A stretch of 64,000 nt of DNA from Eledone cirrhosa. Its lineage: Eukaryota. The stretch covers positions 12,586,001 through 12,650,000 of the forward strand of contig OZ024748.1 in the NCBI GenBank assembly GCA_964016885.1. The letters run 5' to 3'. Positions within the stretch are counted from its first letter, which is position 1, and each line of letters begins with the position of its first letter. Under the pieces are notes generated by a model, which was not told the origin of the DNA, did not search any database, and worked only from the letters and a program-made list of their open reading frames with translations. Shown in pieces: positions 1 to 12,800 of the stretch. A program made the translations under genes and the position numbers.

Positions 1-372
1 TATGTTCCAGACACCACCTTAATAACAAGACAATTTGTTAAGTTACTAATTTTCTTAAATTCTGTTCAAAATTATTTGAAAACAGGCAGTTTTATTCCTA
101 AAAAAATATCGAACTGAAAGTGTAAAAATGTTTATATTTATTTTAAAACTGTTCATCATAAGATTATGTAACAACCTTTGTTAAGTTATGTTCCACACAG
201 CAGCTTAATAACAAGACAATTATTTGAAAACAGGTAGTGTTATTCCTAAAAAATATTGAACTGAAAAGGTAAAAATGTTTATATTTATTTCAAAACTTTT
301 CATCATAAGTTTATGTAACAACCTTTGTTAAGTTATGTTCCAGACATGAGCTTGATAATGAGAAAGTTTGTT
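1..372. repeat. Degenerate tandem repeat, about 150-190 bp units
   Basis: TATGTTCCA(G/C)ACA...TTAATAACAAGACAATT...CATCATAAG..TATGTAACAACCTTTGTTAAG restarts at 1, 187 and 334. Confidence 0.8.
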
Positions 373-740
373 ATGTTTTTAAATCCCTCCAAATCTCTCA
401 TCTCACTTCCCCTCCCCCTTTTACTCTTCCACGTACTCCTCTCTCTCTCTTCACACTCACCCTCCCTTTATCTCCTTCCCCTTACTCCCCCCACTCTCTC
501 CTCTCACTGTCCCCTCCCCCGTTCCCCTCTCTTCTTCCCCCTATCTCCTATCTCTCAACAACAATACAACAATACAACAACAATACAAACAGCAACACTG
601 ACCAAAAGGGAACCACAGCTGTGTGACGTCAGCAACACACATGACACGTGACCGTGTCATTTGTTTATTTATTTATCTATCTATCTAGCCAAAGTGTGAG
701 TAGTAGTAAGAGGGAGTAGGAGGATGAGGAGGAAGGGTTT

Positions 741-1282
741 TAGATGGAGGTGTTGATGATGATGATAATGATAATGGTGATGGTGGTGGCTATCGTGGTG
801 GTTGTGGTGGTGGCTGTGATGCTGATGGTGGTGATGGTGGTGAGGTGGTAGTGGCTATCGTGGTGGTTGTGGTTTGTGTGGTGGTTGTGGTGGTGGTTGT
901 GGTGGTGGTGATAGTGGTGGTGGTGGTGGTGATAGTGGTGGTGGTGGTGGTGATGGTGGTTGTGGTGGTGGTGATAGTGGTTGTGGTGGTGGTTGTGGTG
1001 GTGGTGATAGTGGTTGTGGTGGTGGTGATGGTGGTTGTGGTGGTGGTGATAGTGGTGGTGGTGATGGTGGTGATGGTGGTGGTGGAAAGAAGAAGGAGGA
1101 GATAGATACATCACATGGTGTAACATCTGAGACAAGGGCGAGTGGGTGAGTGTGTATGTAAGTGTGTCTATGTATGTATGTATGTATGTATGTATGTATG
1201 TATGTATGTATGTATGTATGTGTGTATGTATGTATGTATGTATGTATGTATGTATGTATGTATGAATGTGTGTGTGTGTGTG
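741..1282. repeat. (GGT/GAT)n, then (TATG)n and (TG)n microsatellites
   Basis: Seen directly; source of the poly-H/V/G/P pseudo-ORFs. Confidence 0.95.
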
Positions 1283-1450
1283 TCACTGTGATAAACCGCT
1301 GCCCCAACACACCAAAGTTATGACCCTTCCCCCAAAAGCCAGCCTCATCATCACTAACTATTCCCAACATCACCAACACATCATCCCTCTCTCTCTCTCC
1401 ACTCCATATCTATCTATCTATCTATCTAGCTATCTATCTGTCTATCTATT

Positions 1451-1523
<73 letters not shown>

Positions 1524-2210
1524 ATCTATCTATTTGTTTATCTGCCTGTTTGTCTCTTTCTCGCCCTCTATTCCTCTCTATCATTATCTACCCCCCCTCT
1601 CTATATGTATATATACTTACTTACATACATATCTATTCATTTCCAAGTCTGTCTGTTTGTCTACTCACCTCTCTCTACCACATCTGATAAGGTGAACAAC
1701 TCAGCAGTTCCTACTCAACCCCCACCCCCACAAACCTCACCATCACCACTGCCACCAATAAGTCCCCCACTCCCAATCCACACCATCACCGCCATCACTA
1801 TCATCACCACCGCCACCTCCAGCGCCATCACAACTAGAGAATGACACATAGACCAACCACAGCTATTAAAATGTCCGCTTTAAATTTGAAGGACCCTTTT
1901 TCTGCTGTCCAATGAGCCTTTTACTTTGCATAACACACGTGACCGGAAGTTCTAGCAGTAAGCTGACACTCCACCTTTCTGACGTGACACGTGTGCCGCT
2001 ACTCTATTTGTTGTTGTTGTAGTTGTTGTTGTTGTTGTAGTTTTTGTTGTTGTTGTTGTTGTTGTGACTGTTAATAGATTTTCTTCTTACACCGACACAC
2101 ATACATATACACATATACACTTGTAAATGCACACACAAGCACACATACATACACTCATACATACACTTGTACACACACACACTGGATATATATATATATA
2201 TATGCATACA

Positions 2211-2257
<47 letters not shown>

Positions 2258-2435
2258 TGGTACTCACACACACACCTACACACATATACACACATACACA
2301 TACACATACATAGGTTTATGTAGCCAGCCCGTTGCCTTAGCGGAGTTTAACTAAGGTTTCTACGTTTACACATTCGAATCTCCCAGTATTTTGGAATTTC
2401 TCCCTCATGAACGCCACTACATCACAGTCTTAGTC

Positions 2436-2467
<32 letters not shown>

Positions 2468-2936
2468 CGAACAACGATACATAAAAAATAAATATATGTT
2501 TGAGAATGCTTCAGGAAAGCCGATATAATGAGAATTATAAAATATACAAGCAACAATCTAGAGGTGAATAGCATACGAACAAACAAAACAATAGTCTAAA
2601 GTTTTAACTTATATTTCAATATATTACGGGGTTATAGCACCTTTTTCAAAGGTGCTGTAGCTAGCTGTCGAAATATAATGTAAAAATAAGATAACCATTT
2701 AGTTGGTTCTGTTTACTTTATTCTATTCTGGTTTTCGCTCTTGTATTTCTAATTCGCATTATCCGGCTTTCCCAAAACATTCTTAAACACATATCTAACA
2801 CTGCTTCATATAAACATATAAATTATAGTGAAACACACGCACGCACATTCACCCTCACCCCCCTCTCTCACACACACTCACACACACACACACGCACATA
2901 TATATATACAGGGAAAATAATAATAAAGATTTGGAT

Positions 2937-3031
<95 letters not shown>

Positions 3032-3080
3032 CGTGTATGTGTATGTATGTGTGAGGGTGACTGTGTGTGCATTTACATAT

Positions 3081-3137
<57 letters not shown>

Positions 3138-3495
3138 CACAGTATATATAATATATATACGAATTTATAGATACAAACAGTCATTGTGTTTGTAGCTGTT
3201 GTTTCGTATTTTAATTACCGCCACTTAGATACATGTAATTAAATACCTCTCATTAGAAGGACTAATTAAATTCAATGCATAATTATATATATATATATAT
3301 ATATATATACACAAACAACCACACATATGTACATATAAAATAATTATTTCTGCTCAACGCAGCGAATATTAAAATATTAGAAATATTTTAAATGTAGGCG
3401 TTATAACTACAATTTATAAACCTCGCTGTGAATATTTCAACAAATGTGAAAAACATGTTGCTGTTCTCTTTTGTACACCTGAAAACAAAAGAGAA

Positions 3496-3540
3496 TTCTT
3501 TTGCATGTTTCACGGCTATTAAGCTGTTCATCAGAAGATA
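3496..3540 (-). ncRNA. Degenerate type I hammerhead ribozyme remnant
   Basis: Minus strand TCTT-CTGATGA-ACAGCT-TAAT-AGCCGT-GAAA-CATG-CA-AAAGA; stem II has one mismatch and U16.1 is C; octamer ATGCAAAT lies 105 nt upstream (3632-3639, minus). Confidence 0.55.
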
Positions 3541-3677
3541 TGTGCTGTTATATTTCTGTGCACAAAGAGAGCTATAATCAACGCTATTTATATCACACAC
3601 AAACTAGGATTTACCTGGAATGGCTAGTTTAATTTGCATAATGTACTTTTGTCACCGAATGTGTAATTAATGAAATA

Positions 3678-3838
3678 ATTGTTTCTACTTTTGGCACAAG
3701 GCTAGCAATTATCCCAGTGTATTACTGGTACGTTATTTTATCGACCCCGAAGGGATGAAAGGCAAAGTTAACCTCGGCGGGATTTGAACTTACATCATAA
3801 AGGGACGTAACTTTATGCTGCAAAGCATGGTGTCCGAA
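3678..3838 (-). mobile_element. tRNA-derived SINE family 1 (Deu/Nin-like central domain), 5' truncated
   Basis: Reverse complement of GTTCAAATCCCGCCGAGGTTAACTTTGCCTTTCATCC...GTCGATAAAATAA.GTACCAG...GCCTTGTGCC, shared with many copies in the window. Confidence 0.85.
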
Positions 3839-3981
3839 TGAATATAGAATATGCAAGTAAATTTAAGATGACGGTAATGATTGTTGTGGGACTCGGTGAT
3901 GTGTGTGTGTGTGTGTGTATTTGTATGTTTATGTGTGTTTATAGATATATCTATGTGTGTATGTGTGTGTGTGTGTGTGTG

Positions 3982-4064
3982 TCTTCTTCTTCTTCTTCTT
4001 CTTCTTCTTTTTCTTCTTCTTCTTCTTCCTTTCCTTCTTCTTCTTCTTCTTCTTCTTCTTTTCC

Positions 4065-4096
<32 letters not shown>

Positions 4097-4262
4097 CTTC
4101 TTCTTCTTCTCCTCCTCCTCCTCCTCCTCCTCCTTCTTCTTCTTCTTCTTCTTCTTCTTCTCCTCCTCCTTCTTCTTCTTCTTCTTCTTCTTCTTCTTCT
4201 TCTTCTTCTTCTTCTTCTTCTTCTTCTTCTTCTTCTTCTTCTTCTTCTTCTTCTTCTTCTAC
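3982..4262. repeat. (CTT)n/(CCT)n microsatellite
   Basis: Seen directly. Confidence 0.95.
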
Positions 4263-4607
4263 TTTTTCACCCCCCCTCCCTCCCCTTCCTCCTACTTCCA
4301 CCACTGCCTGCTGACACGGAAATGCATGTCGTTGACGTGTAATCCATTAATGCTCGCCTCTGTCCACCTCTCGCAGTAGCAAGGCCACTATACTGACCAA
4401 TGTACTTAGCTCTACAGATGTATGTGGTCATCGTAGTGAGGTGAGTTATAATACGGTGGCCTTGCTTCAATACAAACACCATATTGAAGGACAATTGGAC
4501 ATTACACATATTCAGAATTACAGAAATTGTTTTAAAAATCGCGTCTGCAGACATTTCCATTTGTATTAAATGGTAGCATGACCTTATGTTCCGTGTATAT
4601 ATGTGTA

Positions 4608-4658
<51 letters not shown>

Positions 4659-4723
4659 ATGTGTATATATGTATATATATATATGTGTATTTATCTATAT
4701 ATTTATGTATGTATAAATATATC

Positions 4724-4794
<71 letters not shown>

Positions 4795-4799
4795 GTGTA

Positions 4800-4868
<69 letters not shown>

Positions 4869-4877
4869 ATATATATA

Positions 4878-4939
<62 letters not shown>

Positions 4940-4944
4940 TATAT

Positions 4945-5009
<65 letters not shown>

Positions 5010-5031
5010 TATACATACATATACATATATG

Positions 5032-5064
<33 letters not shown>

Positions 5065-5461
5065 AGGTTCCCAGGTTACTGGAAAACTTTGGAGTTGTGA
5101 TCATATTGAAATGATAAATTAAATACGCCTTATTAGGAGTCTGTGTGTGAATATATGCGTGTGTGTGTATATGTTTGTTAGTGTGTTTGTGTTTGTATGT
5201 ATGTGATTGTGTGTGTGTGTGATTGTGTGTGTGTATGTGTGTGCGTGCGTGTGTGTGTGCCTGAAAAGAGGCAGGTAACCAATGTTTTATATTTGAACTA
5301 TTGTTTGCCCATACGAAAGAAATAATTTATTTTGTACAGTTTAACATGCAGAAATGTATGTATGTATGAATGCGCTCACACACACATGCACACACATATA
5401 TATATATATATACATGTGTATATATAGATATACACATATACATGTATACATATGTATATGT

Positions 5462-5578
<117 letters not shown>

Positions 5579-5622
5579 TATATGTAGGTGTATGTATATA
5601 TCTATCTATCTATCTATATATA

Positions 5623-5716
<94 letters not shown>

Positions 5717-5791
5717 CCTACTTATATGCTTTTAATAATATATATATATATATATATATATAAGTCGGTATACATATATGCTTATATGTAG

Positions 5792-5864
<73 letters not shown>

Positions 5865-6239
5865 ATTTGTTTATTTGTGTGTGTGTGTGTGTATGTATAT
5901 GTGCATATGAGCGTGTGTGTGTCTGGCTGTATATCTATACATATGTTTGTCTATATGTACAAACATCTATTTCCTTACAAAACTTTGGTGCGCAGCACAA
6001 CAGCGCATGTCTTGTCAAGAAAGCGCCATGATGACATTCAGTCAATTATCTCACACCATGGCGAATAATACATGTAGCGGGAAAAGGTCAGCGGGAAGTT
6101 AGACCTTTGCTTCTTCTACCTTCGCAATCATTTAGAGTAGAGCTGGCGTCACTCTATGTTTCTCACTTAATAAGAAACAAACATTTATTTACAATAACTT
6201 TCATGTTGACCTCCTACAGCTCTAGCATGCAGTTAATGT

Positions 6240-6307
6240 GCATCTACTGTGCATCTACCGTGCATCTACCGTGCATCTACCGTGCATCTACCGTGCATCT
6301 ACCGTGC
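6240..6307. repeat. 11-bp tandem repeat GCATCTACCGT, about 6 copies
   Basis: Seen directly. Confidence 0.9.
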
Positions 6308-6479
6308 AACAAAATGCATCTAAATAAAACCTTATCAACTAATCGTAGGTTCGATTTCCTCTTTATTTCATACTAGTACAGAAATACTGTACCCGACCAC
6401 CGGGTGGTTTTTGCAGCTACTGTATATATATGTATATATGTATATATGTATAGGCGGTGAATTGGTAGTATTGTTAGAA

Positions 6480-6527
6480 CAGTGGTTCTCAAACCGTGTG
6501 CTACGGCGCACAGATGCGCCGCGAGAT
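6480..6527 (+). mobile_element. hAT/Charlie-like DNA transposon terminal fragment
   Basis: Starts CAGTGGTTCTCAAAC, a typical hAT TIR; no partner TIR found. Confidence 0.45.
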
Positions 6528-6952
6528 GTATATATAAGCATATACACGATAACGCTATAAAACAACACATTGTCGGCTGGCTACCGTCTAGTTTCACATC
6601 TGAAGAGTTTAATTTGTTTAAGATAATAAATATATCCCTATAGCAGTGCATTGCTGTATTCTTCAGATATTTATGTTTACACTTGGATCATAGTTACACA
6701 ATACAAACTCACAAACTCACAAACACACATATAAATATACTCTTCCAAAGGGAATTTTAAGTCCCAAAATATTATGACGAAAGAAATAACAACAAAACCC
6801 CCCAAAGATGACCAGGTAACTAACCTTTTCATTGCCTTCATCTTACCCTTCCCTTTGTTTAGTCTTATTACATATATCACTTTCCATATTATATATTATA
6901 TACAATGCTTCAAGCAAACTACAACATTATATTATTATTACATAAGAAAAAA

Positions 6953-7174
6953 GGGCGGTGGATTGGCAGTATCGGTAGAGGGCCGTACTCCATGCTTTGA
7001 AGCATAGAGTTACATCCCTTTATGATCTGGGTTCAAATCCCGCCGAGATTAACTTTGGCTGTCATTCTTACGAGGTCAATAAAATAAAGTACCAGTCACG
7101 CACTGGGGTCGATTTAATCGACTTTCCCCCTCTCCAAAATTGCCGGCCTTGTGCCTATATAAGAAACCATTATT
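6953..7174 (+). mobile_element. tRNA-derived SINE family 1, full length
   Basis: GGGCGGTGGATTGGCAGTATCGGTAG head (A box), GGTTCAAATCCC (B box), central GTCAATAAAATAAAGTACCAG, tail GCCTTGTGCCTATATAAGAAACC. Confidence 0.9.
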
Positions 7175-7754
7175 TCATAAGTTACACAGTAGAATGTGCC
7201 AACACCGTGGGTTTCATGTTGACATAGCGGATCTGCTAAGATACGTCAACCCCATGCCACACACCAAGATGAACCGATCAAAGATACAAATATATTTTTA
7301 TAGTAATCTATGAACAAAATATTGTAAAGTAAAAAAAAACAAAAAAAAACAAAACAAAACAAAACAAACAAAACAAACAACAAACAACAAAGTCTAAGCA
7401 ATGCACCCCTGTTCAACTTTTGAATTTCTCACAATTACACACACACACACACGCACGCACACGCACACAAGGACACGTATATATCTCCCTATACACACAC
7501 ATGCATATATATATATATATATGTGTGTTTGTATTTGTATATATATGTGTATATATATTTATATATATATATATATATATACTCATATATATACAAACAC
7601 AAACACAAACACGCATATATATATATATTTATACATATATATATATATTCATATATATATGTATGTATATATACATATATATATTCACATATATGCATAT
7701 ATATATTTATTTATATATATGTGCATATATAAACAGACACACACACATCCGTAT

Positions 7755-7881
<127 letters not shown>

Positions 7882-8148
7882 ATGTTTCCTCTTCAATTTG
7901 AGCGTAGATAAAGAGAGAGACAAGAAAAGAAAAAGAAAAGAAGGGAAAATAAGCTTTAAAAGTAAAGAAATAAATAGTTATTAGTGTAGCCATCCACACA
8001 TGCTCATTGTGTTCTTCCGGTCTCGCTCTCTCTCGTCTATTATGTCATTCGTTCCACTTCCGTTGACGTCATGCATGTATTGGCATCGAATTCGTTTCAC
8101 CTTGATGTACATAGCTGCATGTCACATTCTTTGGAAGTTTGAAAACTG

Positions 8149-8621
8149 TATGTATGTATGTATGTATGTATGTATGTATGTATGTATGTATGTATGTATG
8201 TATGTATGTATGTATGTATGTATGTATGTATGTATGTATGTATGTATGTATGTGTGTATGTATGTGTGTATGTATGTGTGTGTGTGTATGTATGTGTGTA
8301 TGTATGTATGTATGTATGTGTGTATGTATGTATGTATGTATGTATGTATGTGTGTATGTATGTGTGTATGTATGTGTGTATGTATGTATGTATGTATGTA
8401 TGTATGTATGTATGTATGTATGTGTGTATGTATGTATGTATGTATGTATGTGTGTATGTATGTATGTATGTATGTATGTATGTATGTATGTATGTATGTG
8501 TGTATGTATGCATATGTGTATATGTGTGTGTGTGTATGTTTGTATGTGTGTATATATATATACTGCCATAAATATGTTTATGTATGTTTATATATATATA
8601 TATATAAATACGTATATGAAT

Positions 8622-8680
<59 letters not shown>

Positions 8681-8700
8681 AACAAACACCCTCACACACA
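8149..8700. repeat. (TATG)n/(CA)n microsatellite block
   Basis: Seen directly. Confidence 0.95.
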
Positions 8701-8903
8701 CATATATATATGTACATATAAGAAATATGAAAAAGTGGACTTATATTATATTCCGTTGAAAGTTTAAACTTACAATCTGCATTTGTGTACATACTCAAAC
8801 ACACAAACTCTCTCTTTCTTACACACACATACACTCACACATACACCACATACACTGTACACACACACATACCCCCCCATATACACCACACATACACCAC
8901 ACA

Positions 8904-8990
8904 CAAAGTGACCTCGGTGGGATTTAAATTCAGAGAGCAGAGGGCCGATACAAAAGCCACAAATAATTCTATCCGACGTTCTTACGCCGG
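8904..8990 (-). mobile_element. Diverged SINE family 1 5' fragment
   Basis: CAAAGTGACCTCGGTGGGATTTAAATTCAGA resembles the reverse-complemented B-box region. Confidence 0.55.
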
Positions 8991-9175
8991 CTTCCTGTGA
9001 AATACGCGGAAGGGTCAAACCAAATCTTCACCAAATAGCTTTGTCCTAAATAACTTTCTAACGCCACTTTGCTACGGAAAGTTTATATATACTGATCGTA
9101 ACTAAGTTTAAAGGGATTTCAAATGAATTTTGTATACCTAACAAATATAATGTGTGCATTACTCAACTACATCCA

Positions 9176-9375
9176 NNNNNNNNNNNNNNNNNNNNNNNNN
9201 NNNNNNNNNNNNNNNNNNNNNNNNNNNNNNNNNNNNNNNNNNNNNNNNNNNNNNNNNNNNNNNNNNNNNNNNNNNNNNNNNNNNNNNNNNNNNNNNNNNN
9301 NNNNNNNNNNNNNNNNNNNNNNNNNNNNNNNNNNNNNNNNNNNNNNNNNNNNNNNNNNNNNNNNNNNNNNNNNNN
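9176..9375. other. Assembly gap (200 N)
   Basis: Run of N directly abutting array A. Confidence 1.
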
Positions 9376-9752
9376 GTAAATATTGCTGATGAGTTGTAAC
9401 AACAACGAAACTAGTTCAATATTCCTTGTCTGGCTTTCTGGAGAATAGAGGAAAGGTGTTTCCTCAAAAACCAGTATGACTCTAAAAACCGGTTTGTCTG
9501 TGTGTTTACATACAGAATAGCTGGCCACTCACAGTAAAGTGACCAGTGAAAAAACTTGGTACATCTACATATGTATACGTGTGTGTATTCATATACATAC
9601 TAGTATTTCAGTATACATATATGGATGTACATCTTTAACTTAATTGTTTAAGCGTCAGTCATACAAAAGTGAGTTACAAACGAAACGAAATTTAATTTCG
9701 TTTCGTTATTTGTTTTTATCGTCTCCGTTGAACCGGTACTTACTCACACTCT

Positions 9753-9805
9753 ATGCAAATTGGTCTGCCCACTACTAATTTTCATAGAAAAAGCATATAA
9801 CGATA
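9753..9805 (+). promoter_or_regulatory. Putative snRNA-type internal promoter module (octamer, PSE-like block, TATA-like), repeated in every unit
   Basis: ATGCAAAT 9753-9760, TAATTTTCATA 9776-9786, GCATATAA 9793-9800; same order conserved in the diverged array B unit. Confidence 0.45.
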
Positions 9806-9840
9806 TGTGCTTTTACGATTCTCTAGAGAGGCCGGAAGAT

Positions 9841-9893
9841 AGGTAAATATTGCTGATGAGTTGTAACAACAACGAAACTAGTTCAATATTCCT
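9841..9893 (+). ncRNA. Type I hammerhead ribozyme (representative of the 22 copies in array A)
   Basis: AGG-TA bulge-AATATTG / CTGATGA / GTTGT-AACA-ACAAC / GAAA / C-TA-G / TT^ / CAATATT-CCT; predicted cleavage after GUU at 9883. Confidence 0.9.
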
Positions 9894-12800
9894 TGTCTGG
9901 CTTTCTGGAGAATAGAGGAAAGGTGTTTCCTCAAAAACCAGTATGACTCTAAAAACCGGTTTGTCTGTGTGTTTACATACAGAATAGCTGGCCACTCACA
10001 GTAAAGTGACCAGTGAAAAAACTTGGTACATCTACATATGTATACGTGTGTGTATTCATATACATACTAGTATTTCAGTATACATATATGGATGTACATC
10101 TTTAACTTAATTGTTTAAGCGTCAGTCATACAAAAGTGAGTTACAAACGAAACGAAATTTAATTTCGTTTCGTTATTTGTTTTTATCGTCTCCGTTGAAC
10201 CGGTACTTACTCACACTCTATGCAAATTGGTCTGCCCACTACTAATTTTCATAGAAAAAGCATATAACGATATGTGCTTTTACGATTCTCTAGAGAGGCC
10301 GGAAGATAGGTAAATATTGCTGATGAGTTGTAACAACAACGAAACTAGTTCAATATTCCTTGTCTGGCTTTCTGGAGAATAGAGGAAAGGTGTTTCCTCA
10401 AAAACCAGTATGACTCTAAAAACCGGTTTGTCTGTGTGTTTACATACAGAATAGCTGGCCACTCACAGTAAAGTGACCAGTGAAAAAACTTGGTACATCT
10501 ACATATGTATACGTGTGTGTATTCATATACATACTAGTATTTCAGTATACATATATGGATGTACATCTTTAACTTAATTGTTTAAGCGTCAGTCATACAA
10601 AAGTGAGTTACAAACGAAACGAAATTTAATTTCGTTTCGTTATTTGTTTTTATCGTCTCCGTTGAACCGGTACTTACTCACACTCTATGCAAATTGGTCT
10701 GCCCACTACTAATTTTCATAGAAAAAGCATATAACGATATGTGCTTTTACGATTCTCTAGAGAGGCCGGAAGATAGGTAAATATTGCTGATGAGTTGTAA
10801 CAACAACGAAACTAGTTCAATATTCCTTGTCTGGCTTTCTGGAGAATAGAGGAAAGGTGTTTCCTCAAAAACCAGTATGACTCTAAAAACCGGTTTGTCT
10901 GTGTGTTTACATACAGAATAGCTGGCCACTCACAGTAAAGTGACCAGTGAAAAAACTTGGTACATCTACATATGTATACGTGTGTGTATTCATATACATA
11001 CTAGTATTTCAGTATACATATATGGATGTACATCTTTAACTTAATTGTTTAAGCGTCAGTCATACAAAAGTGAGTTACAAACGAAACGAAATTTAATTTC
11101 GTTTCGTTATTTGTTTTTATCGTCTCCGTTGAACCGGTACTTACTCACACTCTATGCAAATTGGTCTGCCCACTACTAATTTTCATAGAAAAAGCATATA
11201 ACGATATGTGCTTTTACGATTCTCTAGAGAGGCCGGAAGATAGGTAAATATTGCTGATGAGTTGTAACAACAACGAAACTAGTTCAATATTCCTTGTCTG
11301 GCTTTCTGGAGAATAGAGGAAAGGTGTTTCCTCAAAAACCAGTATGACTCTAAAAACCGGTTTGTCTGTGTGTTTACATACAGAATAGCTGGCCACTCAC
11401 AGTAAAGTGACCAGTGAAAAAACTTGGTACATCTACATATGTATACGTGTGTGTATTCATATACATACTAGTATTTCAGTATACATATATGGATGTACAT
11501 CTTTAACTTAATTGTTTAAGCGTCAGTCATACAAAAGTGAGTTACAAACGAAACGAAATTTAATTTCGTTTCGTTATTTGTTTTTATCGTCTCCGTTGAA
11601 CCGGTACTTACTCACACTCTATGCAAATTGGTCTGCCCACTACTAATTTTCATAGAAAAAGCATATAACGATATGTGCTTTTACGATTCTCTAGAGAGGC
11701 CGGAAGATAGGTAAATATTGCTGATGAGTTGTAACAACAACGAAACTAGTTCAATATTCCTTGTCTGGCTTTCTGGAGAATAGAGGAAAGGTGTTTCCTC
11801 AAAAACCAGTATGACTCTAAAAACCGGTTTGTCTGTGTGTTTACATACAGAATAGCTGGCCACTCACAGTAAAGTGACCAGTGAAAAAACTTGGTACATC
11901 TACATATGTATACGTGTGTGTATTCATATACATACTAGTATTTCAGTATACATATATGGATGTACATCTTTAACTTAATTGTTTAAGCGTCAGTCATACA
12001 AAAGTGAGTTACAAACGAAACGAAATTTAATTTCGTTTCGTTATTTGTTTTTATCGTCTCCGTTGAACCGGTACTTACTCACACTCTATGCAAATTGGTC
12101 TGCCCACTACTAATTTTCATAGAAAAAGCATATAACGATATGTGCTTTTACGATTCTCTAGAGAGGCCGGAAGATAGGTAAATATTGCTGATGAGTTGTA
12201 ACAACAACGAAACTAGTTCAATATTCCTTGTCTGGCTTTCTGGAGAATAGAGGAAAGGTGTTTCCTCAAAAACCAGTATGACTCTAAAAACCGGTTTGTC
12301 TGTGTGTTTACATACAGAATAGCTGGCCACTCACAGTAAAGTGACCAGTGAAAAAACTTGGTACATCTACATATGTATACGTGTGTGTATTCATATACAT
12401 ACTAGTATTTCAGTATACATATATGGATGTACATCTTTAACTTAATTGTTTAAGCGTCAGTCATACAAAAGTGAGTTACAAACGAAACGAAATTTAATTT
12501 CGTTTCGTTATTTGTTTTTATCGTCTCCGTTGAACCGGTACTTACTCACACTCTATGCAAATTGGTCTGCCCACTACTAATTTTCATAGAAAAAGCATAT
12601 AACGATATGTGCTTTTACGATTCTCTAGAGAGGCCGGAAGATAGGTAAATATTGCTGATGAGTTGTAACAACAACGAAACTAGTTCAATATTCCTTGTCT
12701 GGCTTTCTGGAGAATAGAGGAAAGGTGTTTCCTCAAAAACCAGTATGACTCTAAAAACCGGTTTGTCTGTGTGTTTACATACAGAATAGCTGGCCACTCA

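Noticed and set aside
9813-9995. Repeated 60-aa ORF (MASYSVCKH...) in every array A unit
   Set aside because: Non-ATG start, antisense to the ribozyme, and not conserved in array B; a by-product of the repeat
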